NCBI GenBank assembly: GCA_026770705.1
Contig: JANJGN010000048.1
Span: 1,736,001-1,800,000, forward strand
Length of the DNA: 64,000 bases
Direction: 5' to 3'
Origin: Isurus oxyrinchus
Taxonomy: Eukaryota
Made by a program: the position numbers and the translations under genes. The notes under the pieces were generated by a model, which made no database searches, was not told where the DNA came from, and was given only the letters and a program-made list of their open reading frames with translations. Of this stretch, positions 62,202 through 64,000 are shown piece by piece. How positions within the stretch are numbered: the first letter of the stretch is position 1; the number at the start of each line of letters is the position of its first letter.

Positions 62202-64000
62202 AACGGCGTTTGCTGGGCTCATAATGAAGCTCTTTGACCATGTCCTATTTGCCTCCACCAAACATTGAACCTCTTTCCAGCTCGACCTGTGCCACCGCCC
62301 TCAATCAGTTTGTATTTCACCTCATTTCTATTCTTCCTCAGTTCAGATGAAGTATCATATGGACTCGAAACGTGAACTGTATGCCTCTCCGCACATGCTG
62401 TCAGACCAGCTGAGATTTTCCAGCTATTTTTATTTCTGTGCAGTTACCGGCAATTTCACCATCTGAAACTATTCTACAATTAAGTAAAAAGACTGCGTTC
62501 AGGTGAAGCAATTACTTACTGCTTCCTCTTCCACTCACGAAGGGTAACAGTTGTAATCTGGTTGTATTAGGTTGGTTGAGCCCCAGGCTCATCCACTGGG
62601 GACCTGGATTCAAGTCGAAATTTAGGTAGCAAATTGTGGAATTGACAACTCGTCTTCCATTAACGGTGAGCATGAAAAAGGCACCGATTGGTGTAAAAAG
62701 CCACCTGGTTCACGAATACTCTTCAGGGAAGGAAGTTCTTCATCCTCATCAGGTCTGTCATACTTGTGACTTTCCACACATAGTAATGTGGTTGTCTGTT
62801 AACTGTCCTCTGAAAGGGCCCAGCAAGCCACTCACCTTAAGGGCAATTAGGGAAGGGTAATGAAGTCACATCTTGCCAGTGACGGCCACATCCCATGAAA
62901 GAACAAAGGAAATATAAAATTCTACCAGTGCATTCGCTGCTGACAGTGTGGAAACCTCTATTTTAGGATAACTCAACAAAGGCTGGGTGCCCACTTTGTA
63001 GAACATCTCTGCTCAGTCCACAAACATGGCGTCGCCCCGATTGCAATTTCAGTCCAGCATCTTGCTCTCATGCTCACATTTCCGTCCTCCGCCTGATGCA
63101 ATATTCCAGTGAAGCCCAATAAATTCCTCAGAAATGAACCTCACCTTCAAATTTGGCGTCTTCCAGCCTTATGGAATCAAAACTGATGTCAACATCTTCA
63201 GTCAATGAACTCTGTCCTCTATTTGTATTATGTTCCCCGAATTTCAGTCTATATCATTTTCTGATATTTTGCTTTCAGGCAGCAGAGACTTTTATTCTCC
63301 TATTACCACATACTGCTATTTTGCTTTCAGAAAGCTCCGACCTTTAATCTGCTATTATCACCTGCTCTGGACCAATGCTTTGTACCTTTACTCATACCAC
63401 ACACCCTCAAAAGCTTAATCCCACCTGGAGAACTTCAAATAGGAAGCACGTGAAATGAGGGGAAAATGTTTCTAATTCGGAAACACATTCGTGGACTTTG
63501 CAGAGGAGAGGGACTTTGGAGATGGGAGCGGTGTCTTTCAGGTGCATAGAGTTCATCATCTCTGCATTTTTTACTGAAGTGACAGGACTATGCAGGTTTG
63601 AAACGAATGATGGTGCCTCAAGAGAGAACCCTGAACAATATTGACTGACCTGGGAACCAGGATGAGAGGTTTGAGGGGACAGAATTTTAGTAGGAGCAGA
63701 GCACAGGGAACAAGATGTGGGGCTCATGGAAAGGTTGCGTTCCCCTGTTCCTTGAACAGCTCAACAGCGCCCTCCCTGAAGAGTCACTGACAGCAACTCC
63801 TGCAGCCCCCTTTTGAAATGCACGTCTTCACACGTTTCAGAACTAATAGTCCTAAAGAAGTGTTGCTGGAGAGAAAGAGGGTGATAACAATTTAGCCCTT
63901 GGAAGCTAAAATGAAAACAGAAAGAGTTGAAAAACCCGTCAGAACTGACAGCTCCAGTGGAGAGAGAAGCAGGTGGTTTTCAGAGCCGAATGTGGGTCTT

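Larger units (their letters stand above)
2200..64000. repeat. Tandem macrosatellite array, ~3.94-kb unit, one tRNA-Ala gene per unit (continues past right end of window)
   Basis: tRNA left coordinates recur at 10767, 14707, 18645, 22585, 26526, 30466, 34405, 38386, 42327, 46309, 50251, 54192, 58107 and 62130 (spacings 3915-4023 bp, mostly 3938-3942). Identical short ORFs recur at the same period, e.g. 13059/16999/20939/24879. Confidence 0.98.

Noticed and set aside
1-64000. The many 60-255 aa ORFs as protein-coding genes
   Set aside because: They overlap in several frames, gain and lose stops between repeat units, and often start at non-ATG codons. Those with recognisable motifs are frameshifted TE fragments.
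2200-64000. 5S rDNA, snRNA or histone gene co-repeat in the unit
   Set aside because: I found no recognisable 5S, U snRNA or histone sequence on either strand by eye; an Rfam scan would be needed to exclude a divergent ncRNA.

Overview
This window is eukaryotic, non-protein-coding DNA: almost all of it is a head-to-tail tandem array (macrosatellite) of a ~3.94-kb unit, about 16 units plus a more diverged left edge. Each unit carries one tRNA-Ala(CGC) gene on the minus strand. I count 15 full-length copies and one deleted to an 8-bp stub: 4 have fully canonical cloverleaves, 7 carry 1-2 structural substitutions and 4 are clear pseudogenes, one of them with a CGC->TGC anticodon change. The rest of the unit is a mosaic of decayed transposon relics. 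In + order these are: a Penelope-like terminal repeat with a degenerate minimal hammerhead ribozyme, a Penelope GIY-YIG endonuclease remnant interrupted by a SINE-like insert, an L2/CR1-superfamily LINE ORF2 remnant, a ~420-bp palindrome (MITE-like), a 21-bp VNTR apparently grown out of the LINE endonuclease sequence, and a CR1 RT C-terminal remnant. The repeat content resembles cartilaginous-fish (shark/ray) genomes; this is an inference from recalled repeat sequences, not a database result. The array shows recent near-identical duplications, a two-unit higher-order repeat (~7.92 kb), microhomology-bounded deletions at the edge and hypervariable tRNA flanks. No credible intact protein-coding gene or CRISPR array is present. 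TE family assignments are by eye and need a Dfam/Repbase check.
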